A stretch of DNA of 40,174 nt from Candidatus Zixiibacteriota bacterium (GCA_036170655.1 JAVHPP010000100.1:1-40174), one strand, 5' to 3'. Positions 9,472 to 19,260 are shown, counted from the stretch's first letter. Notes: generated by a model from the letters alone, not told the origin. Program-made: numbers and translations.

Positions 9472-10926
9472 TTACGCCTGCTCTCCACCGGCTGGTGCCG
9501 GAGCAGACAACTCGAATTTCTTAAGACGATCACGCAGCGTATTCCGGGAAATTCCCAGCAATTGCGCGGACCGCACTTGATTGTTGCCCGTGCATTCGAG
9601 GGCGGTCTCAACGAGGACTTGCTCGAGTGCGTCTGTGAGCTCCCCATGGACGTGGCCCTCCGAGCAGCTCAAGATGTGCTCGAAAGCCGGGGCCAGCGTT
9701 TGGCGAAAAAGTTCAAGATAGTCCTCGCGCGGTTGCTCTCTGGCCCATGCAATTGTCGCCGCCGACCCCTGGATCATCGGAAAGTCTTCCGGCAGAAGTT
9801 CGTGTTCCTTCGACAGCACGACGGCCGTATGGATGACATTCTCCAGTTCGCGCACATTGCCCGGCCAAGCATGGCGTGCGAGACACTGTCTCGCCCCTTC
9901 GGAAAGCGGCTTCGGCTGGCAGCCGCTGGCACGAGAGTACTTCTTGATGAAGAAGTCGCTGAGGAGGGGAATGTCCGCCCGTCGTTCCCGCAAGGGCGGG
10001 AGGAACAATGAGATAACCTTGAGACGATAGAACAGATCGACGCGGAAGCGCCCCTCTTTCATCAAGTCCACCAGACTCCGGTTTGTTGCCGCGATAATGC
10101 GAATATCAATTGGCGCGGTCTCCAGACCCTGGCCCCGGTCAATGGTCTGCTCTTGAAGAAGGCGCAGAAGTTTGGACTGTATCTGAAGGGACAAATCTGC
10201 AACTTCATCGAGAAAGACAGTGCCACCATTCGCCTGCTCGAATCTGCCCGGATGACGGAGAAATGACGGGGACGAGACGGGACGGTCTTGGCCAAACAAC
10301 TCGGATTCGAGCGTGACCTCCTCGGTGGAGGCGCAATTGACGATGACAAAGGGCTGTGTCGAACGGGGAGAATTGCGATGGATCGCGCGGGCGACCAGTT
10401 CTTTTCCGGTGCCGGTCTCCCCCATCACGAGGACAGGCGCCTCCGTACCCGCAATCTGTCCAATGATTTTGGCCACGTGCACGATTTCCGGCGATTTGCC
10501 GATGATCTGTCCCTCGGTCAGAGGGACGTCATCGTCGGCAATCACCGTCTTGGGCGCAATCTGACCGACGGCACGCGCGATGGTCTTCTCGAGCTGCTCC
10601 AATCGGAAGGGCTTTGTGAGGTACTCGAATGCCCCTTCCTTCATCGCTTCAATGGCATTGCCGGTCGACACGTACCCGGAGATGATGACCACCGGGACGC
10701 GGGAAACTTCTGTTTTGATTTGACGGAGAAGCTCCAGACCGGAGACCGACGGGAGATGGACATCCAGTAGCACGAGGTCCGGCTGGAATCCCTTGACGGC
10801 ATCCATCACCCGGGCGCCATCGACGACGATCTCCACCTGATATCGCTCGGGCGGCAGGAAAGTTCTCACCGCCTGCGCGATCTCCGGGTCGTCGTCAACG
10901 AGCAGGACATTCAATCGGGATGGCAT
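9472..10926 (-). CDS. NtrC-family response regulator (REC-AAA+-Fis HTH) lacking the GAFTGA motif
   Basis: REC (LLVDDD, LLDVHLP, YLTKPF), Walker A GETGTGKE, Walker [24 protein letters not shown] and HTH LLGISRNTL are present. The GAFTGA position reads PVSSPS. Alternative TTG start at 10938. Confidence 0.92.
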   Translation of the reverse strand: MPSRLNVLLVDDDPEIAQAVRTFLPPERYQVEIVVDGARVMDAVKGFQPDLVLLDVHLPSVSGLELLRQIKTEVSRVPVVIISGYVSTGNAIEAMKEGAFEYLTKPFRLEQLEKTIARAVGQIAPKTVIADDDVPLTEGQIIGKSPEIVHVAKIIGQIAGTEAPVLVMGETGTGKELVARAIHRNSPRSTQPFVIVNCASTEEVTLESELFGQDRPVSSPSFLRHPGRFEQANGGTVFLDEVADLSLQIQSKLLRLLQEQTIDRGQGLETAPIDIRIIAATNRSLVDLMKEGRFRVDLFYRLKVISLFLPPLRERRADIPLLSDFFIKKYSRASGCQPKPLSEGARQCLARHAWPGNVRELENVIHTAVVLSKEHELLPEDFPMIQGSAATIAWAREQPREDYLELFRQTLAPAFEHILSCSEGHVHGELTDALEQVLVETALECTGNNQVRSAQLLGISRNTLRDRLKKFELSAPAPAGGEQA

Positions 10927-10971
10927 GGTATGGCTCAACTATCAGTCGTGCTGCTTCGGTTCCTCTGTCAA

Positions 10972-10998
10972 TCATCGGCGAAACTGGGCAAAGTTTGA
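10972..10998 (-). promoter_or_regulatory. Putative sigma28-like promoter of the GAFTGA-less regulator
   Basis: The minus strand reads TCAA-N15-GCCGATGA, about 45 nt upstream of the ATG. Confidence 0.5.
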
Positions 10999-11067
10999 AC
11001 AATGAGTTTGATTGATCACGGCGGAAGTCGTGACTGCGAGTCAAATGGGATGGTAACATGTACGCAG

Positions 11068-11164
11068 GTAGGGGCACGGCTTGCCGTACCGGCCCCTGAG
11101 CAGCAGGCATGAATTGGGAGACGTGCGCGAATTGACAGACGGGCACGGCAAGCCGTGTCCCTAA
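11068..11164. repeat. GTAG-family REP doublet (REPIN-like), copy 1
   Basis: GTAGGGGCACGGCTTGCCGTACC ... GGGCACGGCAAGCCGTGTCCCTAA form an inverted pair of palindromic REPs. Confidence 0.85.
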
Positions 11165-11182
11165 CGAGCTATCGCCCGACGA

Positions 11183-14100
11183 TCATTCGGGGCCGCATGG
11201 TGCGGGACCACCGCTGAAGACATAATCGATCAGATAAACGACATCGAGCACGTCGGCGCCGGACGTGCAATTCACTTCACCCTGTTCGGATGACAGGGGC
11301 GGGAACTGCCCACTGAAGACAAAATCGATGATCGCTGTGACATCGAGCACGTCGATGGTGCAGTCGAAGTTGACATCGCCGCGACGGAAGATATTGTAGC
11401 GATTCGGGCCAGCCGCAGTTGACAGATTGCCGGCCGGATCGCGTGCGCTTACACGCCAGAACACGTGAGTGCTGCACGTGTTCAGGTACCGCCAGATGGG
11501 AAGCGTATATGTTGTCGTGCCGGTCACCAACGAATCATTCCAGATGGTTGAGAAAAGCGAATCAAAAGACACCTGCAGGCGGTACTCGGCCAGCAGCGCA
11601 TCTGGCGTTTTCGCCTGATTGATGGCACCCCACACGAACGTCGGCGTGGAGTCCGAGTTGGCGGCGCCATCGGGCGGAGAAATCAAATACGGAGGATCAG
11701 GCGGCTGTGTGTCCAACTCGAATCGCCCCGAAGCCGAATAGCCGCTCGAGTCACCGATCGCGTTGTCGGTGATCGCCCGCCAGTAGTGGACACCATCTAA
11801 CAGCCCCGACACCACCAACTGTGTGTCGGCGATGGCGGTGTGACGCACCAGGCCGAATGTCATCGCCGAATCATCTGCGGTTTCGACGGTATGGAGAAAA
11901 ACACCGAACCCCGGCGGGAAAGGAGCGTACGGCATATGAGACCACACGAGGAGCGGAGTCGTGCTGTTGGAGAGGACGCCATTGATGAATGTCTTCAGAA
12001 CCGGCGTTGGCGGGAAATCAATAACCCGTATATACGTGGTGTCCTGGTCAGTGACCAGCGGGTTGCCCTGTGACACGCCAGAGATGAGCAGACGGTTGTT
12101 CAGGCCGACGCTGGCCCCGAAAGGAATCGACACGGAGAGCGCAAACGTCGTGTCGTGCCCGGCCATAAGTGTGACCGAGCCGTACGCGGGTGAGATGGTC
12201 CATCCGGCCTGATCGGCAGTCGACCATCCAATGAGATCGGTAAAAGTACCCTGGTTGGTGATCTTGGCGTTGACGCTAATCACCCGACTTGGCACGCCGG
12301 CCGTGTCATAATGAGCGTTGAGAAGGACACTGTACCCCGATTGCACAGAAACAAACAATGTGTCTGTTCCGGTGACCAGCGGATTGCCTTGCGAGACCAT
12401 GCTGGCAACCACGGTATCAAGTTCGCCGGGACTGACCGCCAACGGGATCGATAGATCGAATGTGAGCGTGGAGTCTTTCAGTCCCACGACCAGAGGCGTG
12501 GACGGATTGGGCGTGATCGTCCAGCCACGAGCGCTGGTGAATGACAGGTCATAGCGATCATCGCGCCGTCCTAAATTGCGGATTGTGGCCGTGACCGGGT
12601 GATGCCCCGGAATGTAGGACTGATCCGGTCCGGCAATCAGTTGGGCGGCGTACTGGGCCTGGTCGGGAGTCAGGACGATGCCCGCCGAGTACGCCAGAGA
12701 GAATTTCTGCGGCCCCGAGGGAACATTGTAGCCGATGACCTTCACTCTCCAAATTCCTGCGGTCAACGGAACGGTGCGCTGGACTTGCTCGACATTGTTC
12801 GTATGGTCGGCGCCGGTCGTCGCATTGGCGGACGGATTGAACGGGTCGAGGTGCCAGGGAGAGTAATTGACGGGAATCTCGCCGGGACCCTGGAGGCGCA
12901 GGTCAAGATCATTGACCAACGTCGGGCTGGCGTTCTCCGCCGCGCCGACATCGTCCCACGCCAGGGTGAAAGTGGCATTGGGAATCGAGCCATCGCTGGT
13001 GAACGTCCAACTGAACGTGTCGGCGGATGCGATTTCCTCTTCAAGGAATGTTCCCGCATTCAGCAGGTCGACGGCTTTGACCACGTTGATGCGGCCCCAG
13101 CCGAAGTCGTACTCAGGCCCCGGATCGCCGAGGTCGTCGGCAGTTTGGATGAACGCCGCTTTCACTGTGGAGGCCAACGCCCTCTGTGCAGGGTACAGCG
13201 TGTGGTATTGCTGCAGCCAGAGCGCAAGACACCCGGTGACGGTGGGCGCCGCCATCGATGTTCCACAGAAGATCGTGTATCCCGATCCGGGCTTGGTGGA
13301 AGTTACGCCGCCATCGCCATCGGTCTGGCAGCCCGGCGCCACCAGATCGGGCTTGATACGTCCGTCATCGGTCGGTCCCCAACTCGAGAAACTGGTCATC
13401 GTGGAGTTATTCGAATTGATGGCGCCGACCGTGATGACATTTTTGGCGGTGCCGTACGGGGTGACAGTACCCCAAGTATAGCCAATGGAACCACAGTAAC
13501 TCGAGCTGCTGCCTCGCTCATTGCCCGCGGACCAACTGATAGAGACTGATTTCCCCAGACCACCGCGAATAACGTTATCGAGCGTGCCGCATTCGAGGAA
13601 GTAGTTCCCCAGGAACGCGTTGCAGTTTTCCGTGGTCGGCGGGCCAAATCCGACGCCCCAGGAGTTCTGCGAAATCTCGATATTGAAGGTGTCGAGCGCC
13701 TTCTGGTAGTCGCCTTCGAGTTCGGAGGAACTGCCCCACCATTGGTACGAAACGAGACTGGCCTGTGGCGCCATCCCACGGTATGTGCCGCTGGACTGTG
13801 CCCCCGAGCCGAGAACCGTACCGGCGACGTGAGTCGAGTGGGTCTGCACGGGGGAGTTATCCCCGGAACGGACGCGTCCACCGAAATCCGCATGGGCCGA
13901 GTCGGCCCGTCCGCTGTCCCACTCGCCGACCACGACGCCGGAACCAGTCAGCGAATACGGCACGGCCTGCGTAACTTCGGCCCCGCAGTTGACACGGTTC
14001 GAGTTGTTGTGTTCCCGGCGCGGCCAGAAGGGTTCCACCCAGACGACACGTTCGTCAGCGGCAATATCCGACCAGTTTTGGGCGGGAAGCCCAACGTCTA

Positions 14101-14668
14101 CGGCATTCGCCAATTGTGATTCGCCCAGAATAACAGCGCCATATTCGCCCGCCAGCCAGCTGGCCGCCTCATCTGGGGAGATATGCCGGTAGACTTTGAC
14201 CGCAAAGCGAGCCAGACCGGTCGAATCGCGCGTCCAGTCCAGCGGGCCTCCCGTCTGAAGAATTTCGGAGACCTTTTCCTCAGGACGCAGCTTTCCAACC
14301 CAGCGGATACCGGCCCCGGCGAGATCGGACTCATTCAGCGATGACGGAATCGTCGCCAGAAAGGCCATGTCCGGGACATACTCGTTCAGCTGCACCCCCA
14401 GCGACGCCAGACGAGCGCGTGTTGACGAATCGGGAATGTGTGTGAACTGAATCACCCCGCCGCGTTCGAAGTAGGGAGATCGTTTCGAGTCGGCGAAGAA
14501 CTGGCCGGTTTCGGCTGTGTAGACAGCCCTCTCCCCCGCCGCGAGTCTCAATCTATAGTCAGTGGCCGGACTCGGAGCGCCCGCGCCACGGACGAACTGA
14601 ACACTCCAGACCAAACCAAACAAGAGAACTGCGATGATCGCCCACGGTGTGAAGCCTATGCGTCTCAT
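11183..14668 (-). CDS. Secreted S8 (subtilisin-like) serine protease with Ig-like/FN3-like repeats and C-terminal dockerin
   Basis: Signal peptide; catalytic triad GEWDSG, HSTHVAGT and GTSMAAP; oxyanion SAGNE. The C-terminus has a duplicated dockerin repeat GDVNFDCTIDVLDV...GEVNCTSGADVLDVVYLIDYVFSGGPAP. Confidence 0.93.
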   Translation of the reverse strand: MRRIGFTPWAIIAVLLFGLVWSVQFVRGAGAPSPATDYRLRLAAGERAVYTAETGQFFADSKRSPYFERGGVIQFTHIPDSSTRARLASLGVQLNEYVPDMAFLATIPSSLNESDLAGAGIRWVGKLRPEEKVSEILQTGGPLDWTRDSTGLARFAVKVYRHISPDEAASWLAGEYGAVILGESQLANAVDVGLPAQNWSDIAADERVVWVEPFWPRREHNNSNRVNCGAEVTQAVPYSLTGSGVVVGEWDSGRADSAHADFGGRVRSGDNSPVQTHSTHVAGTVLGSGAQSSGTYRGMAPQASLVSYQWWGSSSELEGDYQKALDTFNIEISQNSWGVGFGPPTTENCNAFLGNYFLECGTLDNVIRGGLGKSVSISWSAGNERGSSSSYCGSIGYTWGTVTPYGTAKNVITVGAINSNNSTMTSFSSWGPTDDGRIKPDLVAPGCQTDGDGGVTSTKPGSGYTIFCGTSMAAPTVTGCLALWLQQYHTLYPAQRALASTVKAAFIQTADDLGDPGPEYDFGWGRINVVKAVDLLNAGTFLEEEIASADTFSWTFTSDGSIPNATFTLAWDDVGAAENASPTLVNDLDLRLQGPGEIPVNYSPWHLDPFNPSANATTGADHTNNVEQVQRTVPLTAGIWRVKVIGYNVPSGPQKFSLAYSAGIVLTPDQAQYAAQLIAGPDQSYIPGHHPVTATIRNLGRRDDRYDLSFTSARGWTITPNPSTPLVVGLKDSTLTFDLSIPLAVSPGELDTVVASMVSQGNPLVTGTDTLFVSVQSGYSVLLNAHYDTAGVPSRVISVNAKITNQGTFTDLIGWSTADQAGWTISPAYGSVTLMAGHDTTFALSVSIPFGASVGLNNRLLISGVSQGNPLVTDQDTTYIRVIDFPPTPVLKTFINGVLSNSTTPLLVWSHMPYAPFPPGFGVFLHTVETADDSAMTFGLVRHTAIADTQLVVSGLLDGVHYWRAITDNAIGDSSGYSASGRFELDTQPPDPPYLISPPDGAANSDSTPTFVWGAINQAKTPDALLAEYRLQVSFDSLFSTIWNDSLVTGTTTYTLPIWRYLNTCSTHVFWRVSARDPAGNLSTAAGPNRYNIFRRGDVNFDCTIDVLDVTAIIDFVFSGQFPPLSSEQGEVNCTSGADVLDVVYLIDYVFSGGPAPCGPE

Positions 14669-15065
14669 TGGCACCCCATGTCATGTAATACGTTGATCGG
14701 ACGCCACGCTCGCAAAAGAGAGCTGTCCAGTAGATGTACGGCACAAGCCGTGAAGTTGAATCGTCGAATCGTCCAGTCCTGATCAGAACTGCGCTGCGCT
14801 GGTAACAGCATGAACCGCAACACCATCAGTATGAGGCGCAATGACCGCATCGGTCAGTGCGTCGGTCCGCAACCCGCCGGAAAGACGGGCTACTCATCAA
14901 TTGCAATTTACTCACAAGATCAATTCTGTCAATAGGTAAGAGAGAGACATGATACGGATCTACGGAATAACATCAGATGGGATGCCGCTGCCAGGCGTAA
15001 GCAGATTGCGAATCCAAGACATGTCGCACACGGAGGCAAAACCTGCGCATGGGCTGCGTGGCCAA

Positions 15066-15093
15066 TGAAACTTGCGCCACGCACGTCCGATAA
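15066..15093 (+). promoter_or_regulatory. Putative sigma28-like promoter of the plus-strand regulator
   Basis: TGAAA-N15-TCCGATAA, 33 nt upstream of ATG 15127. Confidence 0.4.
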
Positions 15094-15126
15094 TACCCAT
15101 ACGGGGAAGGTTCAGGTGTTCATCTG

Positions 15127-16530
15127 ATGGCGCAGCGCATCTTAGTGGTCGATGACGAAACCTCGATGTGCGAGTTCATGAAGATCATGCTCGCCAAAGA
15201 GGGGTACGAAGTTGATACCGAGCAGGATGGCCGTCATGCGGTCCGCATGTTCGACGCCAACCCTTACGATATGGTCATCGCGGATTTGATGATGCCCGCG
15301 ATGAGCGGATTGGACTTCCTCGACCGGATCAAGGAAGACAGCCCGGACACCCCCTTTCTGGTCATGACAGCGTTCGCTTCCGTCGAGACGGCGATCGAGG
15401 CATTGAAAAAAGGCGCCAGCGACTACATCACGAAGCCGTTCAAGATTGATGAAATCAAACTGACGATCCAGAAGACGCTGGAGGCGAAGCAACTCCGCAA
15501 CGAGAACAAGGCGCTCAAGGCGCGGCTGGGCAGTGAATTCTCATTTGATCGCATTCTCGGGAACGATCCCCGTATCGAACAGATCAAACGCATGGGCGGA
15601 CAGGTCGCCGCCACCGACGCCACGATCATGATTCGCGGCGAGAGCGGCACCGGCAAGGATCTGCTGTCGTCGGCCATCCATCAGAACTCGCCACGGCGGG
15701 ATCGCCCGTACATCACGGTCAACTGTGGCGCCCTGCCGGAGACACTCCTCGAAAGCGAGTTGTTCGGCCATGTCAAAGGATCGTTCACGGGCGCCATTCA
15801 CGACCACGAAGGGTTTTTCAGTGCCGCCGATGGCGGAACCATGTTTCTCGATGAAATCGCCGAGACGACCCCGGCCATTCAGGTGAAGCTCTTGCGCGTG
15901 CTGGAGGACAAGAAGGTCACACCGATCGGGGCCACCTCCGGTCGTACCGTGGATGTACGCCTGATCGCCGCTACCAACGCCGATCTGGAAGCGGCTGTCG
16001 AAGCCGGACGGTTCCGCGCCGATCTCTACTACCGTCTCAATGTGATCCAGATTGTCGTCCCGCCGCTGCGCGAGCGCGTCGAAGACATCGAGTTATTGGC
16101 AAGCCACTTCATCGAACGCAGCTGCGAACGTGCGGGCTGCCCGCCAAAACCTCTGACCTCGGCGGCTTTGGCCCTGCTGCAGAAGTACCGCTGGCCCGGT
16201 AATGTCCGCGAGTTGCAGAACATCATCGAGCGCGCAGTCGTCCTCTCCAAGAAGCCGGTGATCGACGTTGATGACTTTCCGGAGAAGCTCTCTCTCGAGC
16301 CCACCGTGACGCCAGCCAGCGAGTCTTTACCGCACACACCGACCTTGGAATCGATTGAGAAGGCCTACATATATTGGGTGCTCAACCAGACCGACTGGCA
16401 GAAGGCCAAGGCGGCCCAGATTCTTGGAATCGACAATTCCACGCTGTACCGCAAGATCAGCAAATACAAGTTCGACCAGCACCACGGTGACCCGAGCCGG
16501 AGAAACGGAACCGACTCGGAGGATGCGTAA
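15127..16530 (+). CDS. Sigma54-dependent NtrC/AtoC/PilR-family response regulator
   Basis: REC (LVVDDE, IADLMMP), [36 protein letters not shown] and a Fis HTH. Confidence 0.95.
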   Translation: MAQRILVVDDETSMCEFMKIMLAKEGYEVDTEQDGRHAVRMFDANPYDMVIADLMMPAMSGLDFLDRIKEDSPDTPFLVMTAFASVETAIEALKKGASDYITKPFKIDEIKLTIQKTLEAKQLRNENKALKARLGSEFSFDRILGNDPRIEQIKRMGGQVAATDATIMIRGESGTGKDLLSSAIHQNSPRRDRPYITVNCGALPETLLESELFGHVKGSFTGAIHDHEGFFSAADGGTMFLDEIAETTPAIQVKLLRVLEDKKVTPIGATSGRTVDVRLIAATNADLEAAVEAGRFRADLYYRLNVIQIVVPPLRERVEDIELLASHFIERSCERAGCPPKPLTSAALALLQKYRWPGNVRELQNIIERAVVLSKKPVIDVDDFPEKLSLEPTVTPASESLPHTPTLESIEKAYIYWVLNQTDWQKAKAAQILGIDNSTLYRKISKYKFDQHHGDPSRRNGTDSEDA

Positions 16531-16537
16531 CAAACCG

Positions 16538-16627
16538 GTAGGGGCACGGCTTGCCGTGCCCGCCGGGTGAGTGTGAACGTGACCGTGTTCGAGCACGGCG
16601 TTCGGGCACGGCAAGCCGTGCCCCTAC
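16538..16627. repeat. GTAG-family REP doublet (REPIN-like), copy 2
   Basis: Perfect 24-bp inverted pair GTAGGGGCACGGCTTGCCGTGCCC ... GGGCACGGCAAGCCGTGCCCCTAC between convergent genes. Confidence 0.9.
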
Positions 16628-16636
16628 GCCAGCCAA

Positions 16637-17923
16637 TCAAGACTCTGACGGTCCGCCGGCCCTGACACCGTAGAGGACAAGCGCCCCGGCAATGAAAAAC
16701 ACCAGAATCGAGAGCGCCGCCAGACGCAGATTGCCGCCGGAGAGACTGGCCACCTCGCCGAAGACCAATGGCCCCAAAATCGCCGCGCTTTTCCCGCAGA
16801 GCGAATAGAATCCGAAGAACTCACCTTCGCGTCCGCGGGGAATCAGAGATGCCATAAACGCACGGCTGGCGGCCTGAATGGCGCCGAGGCCTGTTCCCGC
16901 GAGCGCGGCAACGATGAAGAAGGCTGTCTTGCTGGTCACGAAGTACACCAGCGTGACGACGACAAGCCACTGCGCCAGCATGGTGAGCACGACAAATCGC
17001 GGGCCTTTGGTGTCGGTCGGTTTGGCCCACAGCGCGGCGCCCGCCAGCGCTGATACCTGAACACAGACGTACACCCATATCAGGTCGGTCATGGCGAAGC
17101 CCAGCGCCTGCCGCGCGAAAATCGCAGAGAAGAAGATCACCGTGTTGACACCATCGTCATAGAGAAGAAAGGCCAGCAGAAAGCGGCGCAGGGATGGGAT
17201 GCGGGCGATGTCACGGGCCGTCTTCCAGGTTCCGCGCAGCCCTTCACTGAGTATGCTCCACTGACGCGTCGCTGACGGACGATCTTGCGGCAGCCAGAGG
17301 AATGCCGGAAGAGAGAATCCAATGAACAGGACAGCCGTCACGATAAAAGCCAAACCGAAATTTCCGGCAGCGACAAGTGGCAACGCCACTAAGAGCCCCA
17401 CGAATGATCCGGCGTATCCGACGGCAAAGCCAAGCCCCGACAGACGCCCCTGCCGGTGCGCAGGGGCCAACTCCGGCAAGAAGGCATTGTAAAACACAAT
17501 CGCCCCTTCAAACCCAAACCCGGCGATCACGCTCAGCAGGAACCCCCTCGTGACCATGCCTGGGGCAACCGTCGCCAGCAGGGCTGTTGCGCAGACTGAC
17601 AACAGTGTGTAGACAATCAGCAGTCGCTTGCGCCACCCCGCCAGATCGGCGACGGCCCCTGCGAGTGGAGAGGTCACGGCAACCAGAAACATGGTGAGCG
17701 AGACAGCTCTCCCCCACCATAACGCGCCTTCTCCCCCGTGCCCACCCACAATCACGTCGGCGTAGTACGCGGCCCAGATGGTCGCGGGGATCACGGCCGC
17801 ATAGGTCGAATTGGCGAAATCGTAGAGGCACCACGAGGCCACGGCGCCCGGGTTTGACCATTGGCGCAGGAGACCGGGCCTGTGCCGGATCGCTCCGCCA
17901 GAAGACGATGCGCCCGATCCCAT
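16637..17923 (-). CDS. MFS transporter, UMF1/ATG22-like family
   Basis: SWCLYDFANSTY, VFYNAFLPEL, GRLSGLGFAVGYAG and GEFFGFY; about 12 hydrophobic segments; GAGGTG RBS. Confidence 0.9.
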   Translation of the reverse strand: MGSGASSSGGAIRHRPGLLRQWSNPGAVASWCLYDFANSTYAAVIPATIWAAYYADVIVGGHGGEGALWWGRAVSLTMFLVAVTSPLAGAVADLAGWRKRLLIVYTLLSVCATALLATVAPGMVTRGFLLSVIAGFGFEGAIVFYNAFLPELAPAHRQGRLSGLGFAVGYAGSFVGLLVALPLVAAGNFGLAFIVTAVLFIGFSLPAFLWLPQDRPSATRQWSILSEGLRGTWKTARDIARIPSLRRFLLAFLLYDDGVNTVIFFSAIFARQALGFAMTDLIWVYVCVQVSALAGAALWAKPTDTKGPRFVVLTMLAQWLVVVTLVYFVTSKTAFFIVAALAGTGLGAIQAASRAFMASLIPRGREGEFFGFYSLCGKSAAILGPLVFGEVASLSGGNLRLAALSILVFFIAGALVLYGVRAGGPSES

Positions 17924-17961
17924 CGGTCGATCACCTCGCTATTGATCCCTGCACAAAAGTC

Positions 17962-18206
17962 TCTGACAGAATGAACAGTAGACTTGGGAATGTGGATGAT
18001 CTTTCCAACGTCATTCCCGCGAAAGCGGGAATCCATTTTCTTCTCCCCCGCCCGACGTGGACCCCCGCTTTCGCGGGAGTGACGTCTCGACGCAGGGGTG
18101 ACATCTGAAGCGCTTGTCGCTTGCCAGGTTTTTCAGCGCGTTCTTTCGCGGGAATGACGAACGGGCATCGCCTTGTGATCGTCAGGCGATTGCTCATTCT
18201 GTGAGA
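17962..18206. mobile_element. Nested MITE-like palindromic element (GTCATTCCCGCGAAAGCGGGAATCCA type)
   Basis: Outer 14/16-bp inverted repeat at 17962-17977 and 18191-18206. Internal arms at 18010-18035, 18058-18083 and 18143-18158. Confidence 0.7.
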
Positions 18207-18285
18207 ACCTCTGAGAAATGCCCACATCGGTAAAGGCGTTTGTTTATCACCTGCCGGGGCAGGGATTGCCGTGTGAGATCGGGGG

Positions 18286-19185
18286 TCACACCGGTACCAG
18301 CCAACCACCGGGTGCATCAATCGCGCCGGTTACGAGACTTCGATACCAGCGGGCCGTCGCCTCGGTAATGGGACCAATGGCGCCACTTCCCACAGGCCGT
18401 CCTTCAAGGGATACAAGCGGCCTGATTTCCAAACCGGTTCCACAGAGAAAGAGTTCGTCGGCTTCATAGAGCCTGTCGGGCACGATCGATTCTACGGTCA
18501 CGGTCAGATCGCTGCATTCCTGAAAATGGTGAATGAGCGTGTTGCGTGTGATTCCCGGCAGGATGTCCGCGCTGTCCGGCGGGGTCACAACCTTGTTGCC
18601 AAAAACGGCGAAGATGTTCGCCCCGTATCCTTCAGCCACCTCGCCGGTCATCGACAGGAGAATGGTCTGGTCGAATCCACGACGCCGGGACTCGTCGATG
18701 GCGAGCGCGGAGTTGACGTACAGTCCGGAGATCTTGGCGCCCGCCGGACACGCTTGATGCGGAAAACGTCGCCAATGGGAAAACGTGGCGCTCGCGGTCT
18801 CTGGTGGCAATGGCGTGGGTGGCCACACAAAGGTGAGGATGGCGAGCGTCTCCCCTGGCTGCAGATGCGCGCCGATCTTCGTGGAAGACTTGTAGAGCAA
18901 CGGACGAATGTAGGCATCTCCCGGATTCCCGTTGCGGCGCAGCAGCTCGACGGTCAGTTCTGTGAGCTCCCGGGGTGACTGTGGCAGCTCCATGTGCATT
19001 AACGTCGCGTTGCGATGGAAGCGCGCGTAATGGTCGTCGGGACGGAAGATCAACGTGCCGCCCGCGCCGGCATACGATCGGATGCCTTCGAAGATGGCCG
19101 TGCCATACTGCAGCGCATGTGTGGCGACCGGAACCATCGCCTCGCGCTCATCGACAAAATGACCCTCAAAATAGACAGTCGGCAT
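18286..19185 (-). CDS. ilvE: Branched-chain amino acid aminotransferase (PLP fold type IV)
   Basis: HALQYGTAIFEGIRSY, YIRP, AKISGLYVNS (PLP lysine), AEGYGANIF, ILPGITR and ADELFLCGT motifs. Confidence 0.88.
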   Translation of the reverse strand: MPTVYFEGHFVDEREAMVPVATHALQYGTAIFEGIRSYAGAGGTLIFRPDDHYARFHRNATLMHMELPQSPRELTELTVELLRRNGNPGDAYIRPLLYKSSTKIGAHLQPGETLAILTFVWPPTPLPPETASATFSHWRRFPHQACPAGAKISGLYVNSALAIDESRRRGFDQTILLSMTGEVAEGYGANIFAVFGNKVVTPPDSADILPGITRNTLIHHFQECSDLTVTVESIVPDRLYEADELFLCGTGLEIRPLVSLEGRPVGSGAIGPITEATARWYRSLVTGAIDAPGGWLVPV

Positions 19186-19192
19186 GGTGTAG

Positions 19193-19221
19193 AAGGTATG
19201 CGGCCAGGGTGCCGATGTCTA
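19193..19221 (-). promoter_or_regulatory. Sigma70-type promoter, probably leaderless, for the aminotransferase
   Basis: TAGACA-N17-TACCTT followed by 7 nt and then the ATG; no SD sequence. Confidence 0.5.
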
Positions 19222-19260
19222 TTGAGAAATAGCAGCAATGAACGAGGCCACGAGCCTCGG

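Noticed and set aside
14868..14895. c-di-GMP-I riboswitch-like hairpin (GCAACCCGCCGGAAAGACGGGC)
   Set aside because: It lacks the following GCAAAG junction and the P3 stem with tetraloop receptor.
11068..16627. CRISPR interpretation of the repeat-spacer-repeat units
   Set aside because: The repeats are isolated inverted pairs, not tandem direct arrays, and no cas genes are present.
17791..18320. Short ORFs containing MDSRFRGND, VIPAKAGIH and WIPAFAGMT
   Set aside because: These peptides are just translations of the palindromic repeat, not genes.
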